From Vicinamibacteria bacterium (GTDB lineage Bacteria; Acidobacteriota; Vicinamibacteria; Marinacidobacterales; Marinacidobacteraceae), in the NCBI GenBank assembly GCA_963555995.3, contig OY821641.1, positions 1,248,001 through 1,312,000 of the forward strand: 64,000 bases of DNA, given 5' to 3'. Made by a program: the position numbers and the translations under genes. Positions 1 to 9,200 of the stretch are shown piece by piece. Within the stretch, counting starts at the first letter, position 1, and the number at the start of each line of letters is the position of its first letter. Below the pieces are notes generated by a model that saw only the letters and a list, made by a program, of their open reading frames with translations, ran no database searches and had not been told where the DNA came from.

Positions 1-237
1 GCGGTAGAGGATGTCCCAGGTCTCGGTGCCCTGCTGGACCGTGCGGCTCTGGGAATCAATCTTCCGGCGCACGATTTGGTCAATGCGCTCGTCGTCCTCG
101 AGCTCGGAGTTGATGATCCGCATGATCATGCGGCGGATCTCGGTGTCCTCCGCGTAGAACTCGACCGTCTCGTCGGCGCGCAGCAGATCCATGATCTGGT
201 TCGCGAGGTGGTTGATCTTCCCGTTGGTCAGGCGCAT
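1..237 (-). CDS. DUF507-family protein (runs off the window edge)
   Basis: Manual translation from ATG at 237: MRLTNGKINHLANQIMDLLRADETVEFYAEDTEIRRMIMRIINSELEDDERIDQIVRRKIDSQSRTVQQGTETWDILYR...; paralogous to the upstream gene. Confidence 0.7.
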   Translation of the reverse strand, partial: MRLTNGKINHLANQIMDLLRADETVEFYAEDTEIRRMIMRIINSELEDDERIDQIVRRKIDSQSRTVQQGTETWDILYR

Positions 238-244
238 GGCGGAA

Positions 245-523
245 CTACAGGATGATCCCCTGCTCGCGGGCGAGCCGTTTCTTGACCAGCTTGAACATTT
301 CCCGGTACTCGACGCCGCCGGTGCGGATCTCCTCGCCGTAGCCGTCGAGGAGCTTCCGGACCTCTTCGTTCAGGTCGTCCTCCTGGCGCAGATCCTCGGT
401 GATCAGGTCCACGATGGAGTCCATGAGGGCGTTCGGGTCCTCCGGATCAATGTAGCCCGCGACCTGCAGGTCGTCGGTGATCCGGTAGCCGAGGAACTGG
501 ATCTGGCTCTTGGTGAGGCGCAT
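245..523 (-). CDS. DUF507-family protein
   Basis: MRLTKSQIQFLGYRITDDL...EDDLNEEVRKLLD...YREMFKLVKKRLAREQGIIL; start re-set to ATG at 523 inside ORF 245..619. Confidence 0.75.
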   Translation of the reverse strand: MRLTKSQIQFLGYRITDDLQVAGYIDPEDPNALMDSIVDLITEDLRQEDDLNEEVRKLLDGYGEEIRTGGVEYREMFKLVKKRLAREQGIIL

Positions 524-657
524 GGCGGGCAACCGGAAAGGGTACCACGCCGGGGCAGGAGGCGGCCACCGCGAACCGGGCGGGGTCCGGGGGCGGTCTT
601 CTTGGCCTGCCCGGAGCAACCCGCGGGCTGCTAGGATTCACCGTCCTGGCGAGAGAT

Positions 658-735
658 GGGGTCGTAGTTCAGTTGGTCCAGAACGCCGGCCTGTCACGCC
701 GGAGGTCGCGGGTTCGAGTCCCGTCGGCCCCGCCA
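658..735 (+). tRNA. tRNA-Asp(GTC)
   Basis: GGGGTCG...CGGCCCC acceptor stem, anticodon loop CTGTCAC, T-loop GGTTCGAGTCC, encoded 3' CCA. Confidence 0.97.
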
Positions 736-788
736 TCATCGCTTTCCCTCCAGCCGCGTTCCGGCGCCCCTTCCCAGCGGAGTCTGTG

Positions 789-1016
789 ATGAAGATCACG
801 ATCACCTACTGCGTCGTTTGAAACTACCTCCCCAACGCCTCCAGTCTGGCGGCGGCAATCCGGGAGGCTCGGGGCATCGAGCCCGAGCTCATCGAAGGCG
901 GCAAGGGCATCTTCGACGTGACGGTGGACGGCGAACTCGTCTATTCCAAGTACGACACCGGCCGGTTCCCCGAGCACGACGAGATCCTCGACAAGATCCC
1001 CGTCCTCGCGAGCTGA
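789..1016 (+). CDS. Rdx (SelT/SelW/SelH) family selenoprotein, in-frame UGA read as Sec
   Basis: MKITITYCVV-(TGA 819-821)-NYLPNASSLAAAIREARGIEPELIEGGKGIFDVTVDGELVYSKYDTGRFPEHDEILDKIPVLAS*; CxxU motif plus the Rdx G-x-F-D-V and G-R-F-P signature after the UGA. Confidence 0.85.
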
Positions 1017-1058
1017 CGCGCTAACAGCCGGTACCCGCCCGCTTCGGGCGCGCCCCGG

Positions 1059-3368
1059 CTAGAAGTCGAAGAGGCGCGTGTACTTGATGATGAGCGACCG
1101 GCCCATCACGTTGGGCACCAGGAAGCCGGTCTCCTCGTCGAAGCGGTCGAGGGTCGCGGTGTTCCGCAGGTCGTTGTAGACGATGAAGAGCCCGGTCCCG
1201 CTCCGGTCCAGCATCACCAGCCGGACGTTCGAGGAGACCGAGGCCGTCTGGCTGTTGTACTGGATCAGCGCTTCCAGCCGGCGGAGCGGGGTGAACGAGT
1301 AGTTCACCCGGACCGGGATGAGGTTGGTGGTGAACTTGCCGCCGGGGAGGTCCACCACGTCGCGGTTCCAGCCGACGCTCGCCTGGAAGGTGGCCCCGAT
1401 GCGCCCGTTCAGGCTGGAGCTGATGCCGAGATAGTCGCCGTCGTAGAAACCGCCGTTGCGAACATAGAAGGTCGGATACAGGCGGGCGCTGGCGTTCCCG
1501 ATGTAGTTCACGCTCACCTGGTTCCAGTGGTAGAGGCCGGGCGGGATGACCACCCGGTGTCCGTCCACCCCGTCGTACACCGTGAAGTCGTGGAGCGGCC
1601 GGTCCCGGTGCCGGTCAATGAACAGCCCGAAGCGGCCGCCGCCGTTTGGCTGGAACTCGATGGGGTGCCAGTGTCCGCGCCCGGACTGGACCTCGCCGTC
1701 GAAGCCGTAGTACGCGTTCCAGGTCACGTGCGGTGAGAAGCGGCGCACCCAGGACATGCCCGGCAGATGCGTCGGCTGCCAGTCGAGGTAGTAGCGCCAC
1801 TGGACCTTGCGGTAGCCGCGGCGGGGCACGAACCCGACTTCGGGGTTGAAGTCCTCGCCCACCTGGGTGAAGCCGGCGTGCCCCTGGTGGAGCGGGTCGG
1901 CGTAGTTCAGGAAGGCCCGGCCCGCCATCGTGTCGGAGGCGCCCGTCTCCGGATCCGCACCGTCCGAGGCGGTCTTGGCCAGGAAGGTGAAGAAACGCGC
2001 GTGCTCTCCGAGCTGGATCGCCGCGTCGGCCCCGAACGCCCGGTTGGTGTCGCCTTCCTCGCTCCACTCCCCGGTGGACTGGCGGTTCACCAGGATGCCG
2101 CCGAAGTTGGACCGCCCGACCTCGCGCTGGACCCGCGCGACCGTGTAGTTGTTGGCCGCGAGCGCCAGCGCGCCGGTCTCCGCGTCGAAGGCGTCGTCGG
2201 TCTGCATGTTCATCAGACCGATGTTCGTGGACCCCACCTTCCCGGAGAGCCGGGCGCCGCCCATGATTCCGACCGGCTGCCCGGCATAGAGCCCGATGCG
2301 GCGGCTGAAGAACAGGTCCACCTCCTGGGGCGCTCCGAACTGGAAGGTGGAGGCGTTCTCGAGGAAGAAGGGCCGCTTCTCGGGGAAGAAGAGCGGGAAG
2401 CGGGTCAGGTTGATCTGCTGGTCGTCGGCCTCCACTTGGGCGAAATCGGTGTTCGCGGTGAGATCCACCGTGAGGTTCGGGGTGACCCCCCACTTCACGT
2501 CGAGCCCGATGTCGAGACCTTCCGTTTCGCGGTTCTCCGCACGGACCGCGAGCGGGTTCCGGTTCGCTTCTCCCAGCGCGAACGGCGTGACCTTGACGTC
2601 TCGGCGCGAGGGCAGGTTCAGGCCGGTGATCTTCCGCGCCAGCGAGACCCGGTAGATGTTGTAGCCGCGGGGGATGGGCGCCAGGAACGCCTGCTCGTTC
2701 TTGCGGCGGATGTTCCGCATGACATTGATGCCCCAGGTCCGGTCCGCCCCGGGGGCGTAGCGCAGTGTGCGAAGCGGAATCGCGAACTCGGTCTCCCAGC
2801 CGCGGCCGGTCCGCTGGGAGCGCACCACCCAGTCGCCGTCCCAGTTGGCGTTGAACCCGGCGATGCCGCCGCGCTGGGAACCGCGCTGGCCGGGGCGCGG
2901 GTTGTAGCCCCCGGTTGCGCCCTCGCCGGCGATCTGGCCGTCGTACTCGATGCCTTCCGGGTTGGTGCCGAAGAGGAAGGCGTTCTGGCTGTCGTTGAAG
3001 GTGTCGAGGATGATCTGGACCGAGTCCGATTCGTTCAGGTCGCCGTCCCGGCGGCTCTCCGAGACCAGCACCTGCTCCGGCTCGCTGTCGAAGGCGATGA
3101 CGCCCACGTAGAGCGTGGTCTCCGAGAGGAGCAGGCGCACCTCGGTCCGCTCGGAGGCGGGGGCGCCGTTGTCCGGCTCCTGCTGGGTGAACCCGGTGAA
3201 GGGCTCGACGCCCGCCCACTGTTCGTCGTTGACTAGGCCGTCCACGACCGGCCCTTCCATCCCGTCGCCGAGCGCCTGGACGGCGCCGTCGTTCGGCGGG
3301 ACCGGGGTGGCCCCCGCGAGCGGCGCAAGCAGCAGCAGGCCGGAGAAACGGACAGGATTTCGTCGCAT
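1059..3368 (-). CDS. Secreted CBM9-like/DUF5916 domain protein
   Basis: Signal peptide [19 protein letters not shown]; motifs [15 protein letters not shown] and [32 protein letters not shown]; true start taken as ATG 3368. Confidence 0.8.
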   Translation of the reverse strand: MRRNPVRFSGLLLLAPLAGATPVPPNDGAVQALGDGMEGPVVDGLVNDEQWAGVEPFTGFTQQEPDNGAPASERTEVRLLLSETTLYVGVIAFDSEPEQVLVSESRRDGDLNESDSVQIILDTFNDSQNAFLFGTNPEGIEYDGQIAGEGATGGYNPRPGQRGSQRGGIAGFNANWDGDWVVRSQRTGRGWETEFAIPLRTLRYAPGADRTWGINVMRNIRRKNEQAFLAPIPRGYNIYRVSLARKITGLNLPSRRDVKVTPFALGEANRNPLAVRAENRETEGLDIGLDVKWGVTPNLTVDLTANTDFAQVEADDQQINLTRFPLFFPEKRPFFLENASTFQFGAPQEVDLFFSRRIGLYAGQPVGIMGGARLSGKVGSTNIGLMNMQTDDAFDAETGALALAANNYTVARVQREVGRSNFGGILVNRQSTGEWSEEGDTNRAFGADAAIQLGEHARFFTFLAKTASDGADPETGASDTMAGRAFLNYADPLHQGHAGFTQVGEDFNPEVGFVPRRGYRKVQWRYYLDWQPTHLPGMSWVRRFSPHVTWNAYYGFDGEVQSGRGHWHPIEFQPNGGGRFGLFIDRHRDRPLHDFTVYDGVDGHRVVIPPGLYHWNQVSVNYIGNASARLYPTFYVRNGGFYDGDYLGISSSLNGRIGATFQASVGWNRDVVDLPGGKFTTNLIPVRVNYSFTPLRRLEALIQYNSQTASVSSNVRLVMLDRSGTGLFIVYNDLRNTATLDRFDEETGFLVPNVMGRSLIIKYTRLFDF

Positions 3369-3398
3369 GGGCCGCGCGTATCCTACGCGCCCACGAAC

Positions 3399-4880
3399 AT
3401 GGCCGAAACCGCGATCCTTCCCAACTTCATCGGCGGGAGCTACCTTGCCCCGCCGGCCTCGGAAACCCTCCCGATCTTCAACCCCGCGACGGGGGAAATC
3501 CTGTCCCGGATCCCGCTCTCCGGCCCCGAGGACGTGGGCCGGGCGGTGGCCAGCGCGCGCGAGGCGCTCCGCGACTGGCGGGAGACCCCGCCGACCGACC
3601 GGGTGCAGCCGCTCTTCCGGTTGAAGGCGCTGCTGGAGCGCGACTTCGAGGAACTCTCGCGGTGCGTGACCACCGAAAGCGGGAAGACCCTCGCCGAGTC
3701 GCGCGGCGAGCTGCGGCGGGCCGTCGAGAACGTGGAAGTCGCCTGCGGGATCCCCTCCCTGATGCAGGGCCGGGTGCTGGAGGACATCGCGCGCGGCATT
3801 GACGAACTGATGATCCGCCAGCCGGTCGGCGTGGTGGCGGTGATCGCGCCCTTCAACTTCCCGGCGATGATCCCGTTCTGGTTCCTGCCCTACGCCCTCG
3901 CCTGCGGCAACACGGTGGTGATGAAGCCGTCGGAGAAGACGCCGCTGACCATGCAGCGGGTGGCGGCGCTGATCGAGGAGGCGGGATTCCCGCCGGGGGT
4001 GGTCCAGGTGACCCACGGCGGGCAGGAGGCCGTGGAGGCGCTCCTCGACCACCCGGACGTCGCGGCGGTGAGCTTCGTGGGTTCCTCGCCGGTGGCCCGC
4101 GCCGTCTATGCCCGGGCGGCGGGGAACGGGAAGCGGGTGCAGTGCCAGGGAGGGGCGAAGAACCCGGTGGTGGTGCTCGAGGACGCCGACGTCGAGGCCG
4201 CGGTGTCCACCGTGGCCGAGAGCGCCTTCGGATGCGCGGGGCAGCGGTGTCTCGCGGCCTCGCTGGCGATCACCGTCGGCGGCGCCCACGCGCCGTTCCG
4301 CGACCTGGTGAGCGCCGCCGCCGCGAGCCGCGTGGTGGGTTCCGGGCTCGACGAGGCGGTGGACATGGGCCCGGTGATCCGGGACGCGAGCCGGGAGCGG
4401 ATCGAGCGGCTGATCGGGGTTGCGGTCGAAGACGAGAGCGCCCGCGCGGTGGTGGACGGCCGCGGCGCCCGGATCGCGGGGCACGAGGACGGGTTCTTCG
4501 TCCGGCCCACGGTGCTCGACGAGCTCCCCGCTGAGGGGGAGATCGCCCGCACCGAGATCTTCGGGCCGGTGCTCGGCATCCTCCGGGTGGAGACCGTCGA
4601 GGACGCCATCGCCTTCGTCAACCGCGGCGAGTTCGGCAACATGGCCTGTCTCTTCACGAACGACGGCCGCGCCGCCCGCCGCTTCCGCCACGAGGTGCTC
4701 ACCGGGAACGTCGGGATCAACGTCGGCGTGGCCGCCCCGATGGCGTTCTTCCCGTTCAGCGGCTGGCGGGGCAGCTTCTTCGGCGACCTCCACGCCCAGG
4801 GAGCCCACGCCATCGAGTTCTACACGCAGACCAAGGTCGTGGTGGAGCGCTGGCCCCGCGACGCCTCGCAGCGCTTTTGA
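3399..4880 (+). CDS. mmsA: CoA-acylating methylmalonate-semialdehyde dehydrogenase
   Basis: [34 protein letters not shown] (catalytic Cys), [18 protein letters not shown]. Confidence 0.88.
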   Translation: MAETAILPNFIGGSYLAPPASETLPIFNPATGEILSRIPLSGPEDVGRAVASAREALRDWRETPPTDRVQPLFRLKALLERDFEELSRCVTTESGKTLAESRGELRRAVENVEVACGIPSLMQGRVLEDIARGIDELMIRQPVGVVAVIAPFNFPAMIPFWFLPYALACGNTVVMKPSEKTPLTMQRVAALIEEAGFPPGVVQVTHGGQEAVEALLDHPDVAAVSFVGSSPVARAVYARAAGNGKRVQCQGGAKNPVVVLEDADVEAAVSTVAESAFGCAGQRCLAASLAITVGGAHAPFRDLVSAAAASRVVGSGLDEAVDMGPVIRDASRERIERLIGVAVEDESARAVVDGRGARIAGHEDGFFVRPTVLDELPAEGEIARTEIFGPVLGILRVETVEDAIAFVNRGEFGNMACLFTNDGRAARRFRHEVLTGNVGINVGVAAPMAFFPFSGWRGSFFGDLHAQGAHAIEFYTQTKVVVERWPRDASQRF

Positions 4881-5590
4881 GCACCGACCCCGGCGGAAGC
4901 AGGGTCCGGGGACTGGTCCGCCGCTTCTGGCAGCCGGCGCTCTGGACCCTCTTCGTCCTGAACGTCCTCCTGATGCCGCTCCTCTTCGGCGGGGCGGGGG
5001 ACGAGCCGTTCGTGCCCCCGGAGTGGATTCCGACGAATCCGGCGGCGCTGGTGACCGTGCACGCCCTCGCGGTCGCGGTGGCGGTGCCGAACACCGTCTT
5101 CTGCCTCGCCGCCGGGTTCCTGTTCGGGCTGGGTCCGGGGATGCTCTACGCCACCCTCGGCACCTTCCTCGGCTCGCTCGCGGCGTTCGCCGTGGGCCGG
5201 CTGTTTCTCCGGCGCTGGCTCACCGGCTGGCTCGGCCAGTTCCGCTCGGCCTCCCGGGTGCTCGCCGCCCTCGGCGACGCCGACGTGCGCACCGTCGCCC
5301 TGACCCGCCTCTCCCCCCTCTTCCCCTTCGCCTTCCAGAACTTCGGCTGGGCGGCGACCCCGGTCCGCTTCCGCAACTACGCCCTCGGCTCGCTCCTCGC
5401 CGTCCCGGTCGGCGCCTCCTTCTTCGCCCACCTAGGGGCCGCCGGAAAGGCCGGCGCCGCCCTCGCCACCGAAAACTTCTCCTGGTCCGCCGCCCTCACC
5501 ATCCTCGGCCTCCTCGCCACCTTCTACCTCATCCGCTGGATCTCCCGCTTCGCCAACACCGCCCTCCAGGACGAACTCCCCCCGGATTAA
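4877..5590 (+). CDS. TVP38/TMEM64 (VTT/DedA-like) membrane protein
   Basis: Hydrophobic; [25 protein letters not shown] motifs; overlaps the upstream stop codon. Confidence 0.8.
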   Translation: MSTDPGGSRVRGLVRRFWQPALWTLFVLNVLLMPLLFGGAGDEPFVPPEWIPTNPAALVTVHALAVAVAVPNTVFCLAAGFLFGLGPGMLYATLGTFLGSLAAFAVGRLFLRRWLTGWLGQFRSASRVLAALGDADVRTVALTRLSPLFPFAFQNFGWAATPVRFRNYALGSLLAVPVGASFFAHLGAAGKAGAALATENFSWSAALTILGLLATFYLIRWISRFANTALQDELPPD

Positions 5591-5632
5591 GGAAGAGGAT
5601 CGCCGGTCCTCACGCCGGCAGGGTGGCGCACC

Positions 5633-6662
5633 GGCTTGGAACGCCGGCTTCAGCCGGCACGCGGCCCGTAGGGCCGCAAAGCGGACGTCGTGTCGCTGTT
5701 TGCGGTGATGGACCAGGAATCGAACGGCATCGTGCGGGGCGGCGTTGTGCGGTGCGCTGCGCGGTCGCGCAGCGCGTGCCGGTCTGAAGACCGGCGCTCC
5801 CGCGGCGCAGGGGGCCGAAGGCCCGTGGACGTCGTACCGCTGTTCGCGGTGATGGACCAGGAGCCGAACGGCGTCGTGCGGGGTGGCGTTGTGCGGTGCG
5901 CTGCGCGGTCGCGCAGCGCGTGCCGGTCTGAAGACCGGCGCTCCCGCGGCCCAGGGGGCCGAAGGCCCGTGGACGTCGTACCGCTGTTCGCGGTGATGGA
6001 CCAGGAGCCGAACGGCATCGTGCGGGGCGGGGTTGTGCGGTGCGCTGCGCGGTCGCGCAGCGAGTGCCGGTCTAGCGCCGCTGGGAGCGCCGGTCTTCAG
6101 ACCGGCACAGGGGGCCGAAGGCCCGCGGACGTCGTGTCGCTGTTTGCGGTGATGGACCGGGAGCCGAACGGCATCGTGCGGGGCAGCGTGGTGCGGTGCG
6201 CTGCGCGGTCGCGCAGCGCGTGCCGGTCTGAAGACCGGCGCTCCCGCGGCACAGGGGGCCGAAGGCCCGCGGACGTCGTGTCGCTGTTTGCGGTGATGGA
6301 CCAGGAATCGAACGGCATCGTGCGGGGCGGCGTTGTGCGGTGCGCTGCGCGGTCGCGCAGCGCGTGCCGGTCTGAAGACCGGCGCTCCCGTGGCACAGGG
6401 GGCCGAAGGCCCGCGGACGTCGTGTCGCTGTTTGCGGTGATGGACCGGGAGCCGAACGGCATCGTGCGGGGCAGCGTGGTGCGGTGCGCTGCGCGGTCGC
6501 GCAGCGCGTGCCGGTCTGAAGACCGGCGCTCCCGTGGCCCAGGGGGCCGAAGGCCCGCGGACGTCGTGTCGGTGTTTGCGGTGATGGACCAGGAGCCGAA
6601 CGGCATCGTGCGGGGCAGCGTGGTGCGGTGCGCTGCGCGGTCGCGCAGCGCGTGCCGGTCTG
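5633..6662. repeat. Tandem array of about seven 144-bp REP-containing units (BIME/REPIN-like)
   Basis: Hairpin GCCGGTCTGAAGACCGGC at 5778, 5922, 6222, 6366, 6510, with partial copies at 6066 and 6654 (144-bp period) and an inverted copy at 6089. Confidence 0.92.
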
Positions 6663-6771
6663 AGGGCCCCCACCGGGAGAACTGGCCGGCGCTCCCGGCC
6701 GGCGTCGGGAAGGCGGGCGGTCCGTTGCGTTCGGATACCGGTAGGCTCCCGTTCCGTACGAGGAGGCTGAC

Positions 6772-8013
6772 ATGCGCAGCATCGCTGTCCTGGCCGGCGG
6801 GCTCCTGATCGCGGCTCCGGTCGCCGCCCAGGACGTCCCGGCGCCGGAGCCCATCACGCTCGCCGAGGTGCTGGCGGCCGGCCGGGCCGGGTCGCCGGCG
6901 ATCGCCGCGGCGCGGTCCCGTGAGCGGGCGGCCGTCGCTGCCGCGGGGGTGGCCGGGCGCTGGACCAACCCCGCGATCGAACTCCGCAGCGAGAACTGGG
7001 GCGCGGACGTTCCGGGCGGCCTTCGCCTCGACAGCTTCGCCACCGTCACCCAGCGGCTCGAACTCGGCGGCAAGCGGGGCGCGCGGCGCGGCGTGGCGCT
7101 GGCGGGCGCCGAGATGGCCCGGGTGGACGCGTTCGCCGCCACCCGGGGAATCGAGGGAGAGCTGGCCGGGCGCTTCCTGGAGACCGTCCGCCTGCGGGAT
7201 CGGGCGGCGATCCTGGCCGGACAACGCGACGCGCTCGCCGAACTTGTCCGCGTGCTTGAGCGCCGGGTGGCCGAGGGTTTCGCGCCGGACGCCGACCGCG
7301 CCCGCCTCGCCGCGGAGACGGCCTCCGTCTCCATCGCGGTCACCCGCACCGGAGCGGCTGCCGAACGCGCCTTCCTCGAACTCCGCGCGCTCGCCGCGCT
7401 TCCGGAGGGAGCGGCCCCGGCGGCCCTCGTCCGGCCCGGCCCCCTCCCGCTCCCGACCGGAGATCCGACAAAGCTCGCCGCCCGCGCCGCGGCCGAGCGC
7501 CCGGACGTGCGCGCCGCCGCCGCGCGGGTCGAGACCGCGGACCGTGCGCTCCGCCTCCAGAACTCCCTCCGGGTCCCCGACCTGACGGTGAACACGGGCC
7601 TGAAACGCACGCTCGACACGAACACGGGCGTCTTCGCCGTGGGGGTGGGTCTGCCCGTCTTCGATCGGAACCAGGTGGCCGCGACGCTCGCCCGCGGTGA
7701 GGTCCGCGCCGCCGAACTCGAACGCGACCTCGTGACCCGGCGGGCCGAGGCGGACGCCACCGCCGCGCTCCGGAACGCGCGGCGGCTGGCCGAGGCGGCC
7801 GCCGGCGCCGAAGCGCAACTGGTCGAGCCGGCGACCGTCGCGCGCACCGCGATGCGGTCGGCCTTCGACCTGGGCGCGGCCGACATCCTGCTGGTCGTGG
7901 ACGCCGAGCGCGCCCTCGCCGACGCCCGCCTGCTCGAAAACGACCTTCAGGTCGAAGCCGTCGCCGCCGCCATCGCGGCCCGGCTGGCGCTCGGGGAGGC
8001 GCCCCTGCCGTGA
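6772..8013 (+). CDS. TolC-family outer membrane efflux protein (CzcC-like)
   Basis: Signal peptide, NPAIEL, QRLELGGKRGAR, RPDV, LPVFDRNQ; first gene of the RND operon. Confidence 0.85.
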   Translation: MRSIAVLAGGLLIAAPVAAQDVPAPEPITLAEVLAAGRAGSPAIAAARSRERAAVAAAGVAGRWTNPAIELRSENWGADVPGGLRLDSFATVTQRLELGGKRGARRGVALAGAEMARVDAFAATRGIEGELAGRFLETVRLRDRAAILAGQRDALAELVRVLERRVAEGFAPDADRARLAAETASVSIAVTRTGAAAERAFLELRALAALPEGAAPAALVRPGPLPLPTGDPTKLAARAAAERPDVRAAAARVETADRALRLQNSLRVPDLTVNTGLKRTLDTNTGVFAVGVGLPVFDRNQVAATLARGEVRAAELERDLVTRRAEADATAALRNARRLAEAAAGAEAQLVEPATVARTAMRSAFDLGAADILLVVDAERALADARLLENDLQVEAVAAAIAARLALGEAPLP

Positions 8014-9191
8014 CCCGCGCCGCCCTGTTCCCGCTTCTCCTCTTCGGGCTCGCCTGCGGCGGCGCGCCCGAGGAGGCGCCCGAAACCGCCGCCACCGCCG
8101 ATCCCGCGACCGGCATCGTCACCATGACCGGCGCGGGCCGTGAGGCCGCCGGCATCGCGACCGCCGCGGTGCGGGAGGTGACCCGGTCCGACGCGTTCCA
8201 CGCCGTCGGGGTCGTGAGCCTCGACGAGCGGCGTACCGCCCGCCTGGGCGCGGTCGTGGACGGCGTCATCGCCGAGGTGCTGGTGCAGCCGGGAGACCGG
8301 GTGGAGGCCGGCGCGGTGCTGGCGCGGATTCTCAGCGACCGGTTCCACGACGTCTGGGCCGACTACTTCACGGCGACGGCGCGCCGGCGGCACGCCGAGG
8401 CCGGACTGAGCTACGCGCAGACGGCGGCGGGACGCGCCGAGCGCCTGGTGGCCGACAAGGCGCTCGCGGAGCAGGAGCTGGAGCGAGTCCGCGCCGAACT
8501 GGGCGCGGCGGAGGAGGAGTTGGTGTCCGCCCGCGCCGATGTCCGGCGCACCGAGCAGGATCTGCTGCACTACGGCCTGACCCCCAGTCCGGACGCGGAA
8601 CCGCGCGAGAACGAGCACGTGCCGGTGCAGGCGCCGTTCGCCGGCGCGGTCATCGAGCGACTGGCGTCCCCCGGCGCCGCGGTGACGCTCGGCGAGCCGC
8701 TCCTCGTGGTCTCGGACCTGTCGCGGGTCTGGATCAGCGCCGAGGTTGACGAGGACGACCTCCACCGTCTCTCGGCGCCCGAGTCCGTGGAGTTCCGGGT
8801 GACCGCCTGGCCGGACGAGGTCTTCACCGCCACCCTCACCACGATCGGGGACGTGATCAACCCGGAGACCCGGAGGGTCACGGTCCGCGCGGAGACGGAC
8901 AACGCGGACGGCCGTCTCAAGCCCGAGATGTTCGCGACGCTCACCGTCGCCTCCGGAACGCCGAGGGAGCTGCTGGTGGTTCCCGCCGCCGCGGTGCAGG
9001 AACTGGCCGGCGAGTCCGTGGTGTTCGTCGAGACCGGCCCCGGGGAGTTCCGGCGCCGCCGGGTGGTCACCGGAGCCGGCTTCGACGACGGCATCGAGAT
9101 CCGCGAGGGGCTGAGGGCGGGCGAGATGGTCGCCACCGAGGGCGCCTTCCTGCTCAAGTCGGCGCTGATCGGCCTGCCGGAAGAGGAGTAA
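8010..9191 (+). CDS. RND efflux periplasmic adaptor subunit (CzcB/CusB-like)
   Basis: Lipoprotein-like signal (LACG), VQPGDRVEAG, APFAGAV, DLSRVW, LKPEMFA, GLRAGEMVATEGAFLLK. Confidence 0.9.
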   Translation: MTRAALFPLLLFGLACGGAPEEAPETAATADPATGIVTMTGAGREAAGIATAAVREVTRSDAFHAVGVVSLDERRTARLGAVVDGVIAEVLVQPGDRVEAGAVLARILSDRFHDVWADYFTATARRRHAEAGLSYAQTAAGRAERLVADKALAEQELERVRAELGAAEEELVSARADVRRTEQDLLHYGLTPSPDAEPRENEHVPVQAPFAGAVIERLASPGAAVTLGEPLLVVSDLSRVWISAEVDEDDLHRLSAPESVEFRVTAWPDEVFTATLTTIGDVINPETRRVTVRAETDNADGRLKPEMFATLTVASGTPRELLVVPAAAVQELAGESVVFVETGPGEFRRRRVVTGAGFDDGIEIREGLRAGEMVATEGAFLLKSALIGLPEEE

Positions 9192-9200
9192 CGAAGACCC

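Noticed and set aside
658-735. tRNA-Asp as an integration site
   Set aside because: No integrase, no duplicated tRNA 3' end seen, and downstream genes have host-like composition
3369-4808. N-terminal extension making a 1249-aa DUF5916 fusion
   Set aside because: It is the antisense shadow of mmsA; the signal peptide places the real start at 3368
5432-6808. Long repetitive ORFs on both strands (413, 372 aa and others)
   Set aside because: By-product of a GC-rich 144-bp unit (a multiple of 3) that is open in several frames; the conserved features are DNA hairpins
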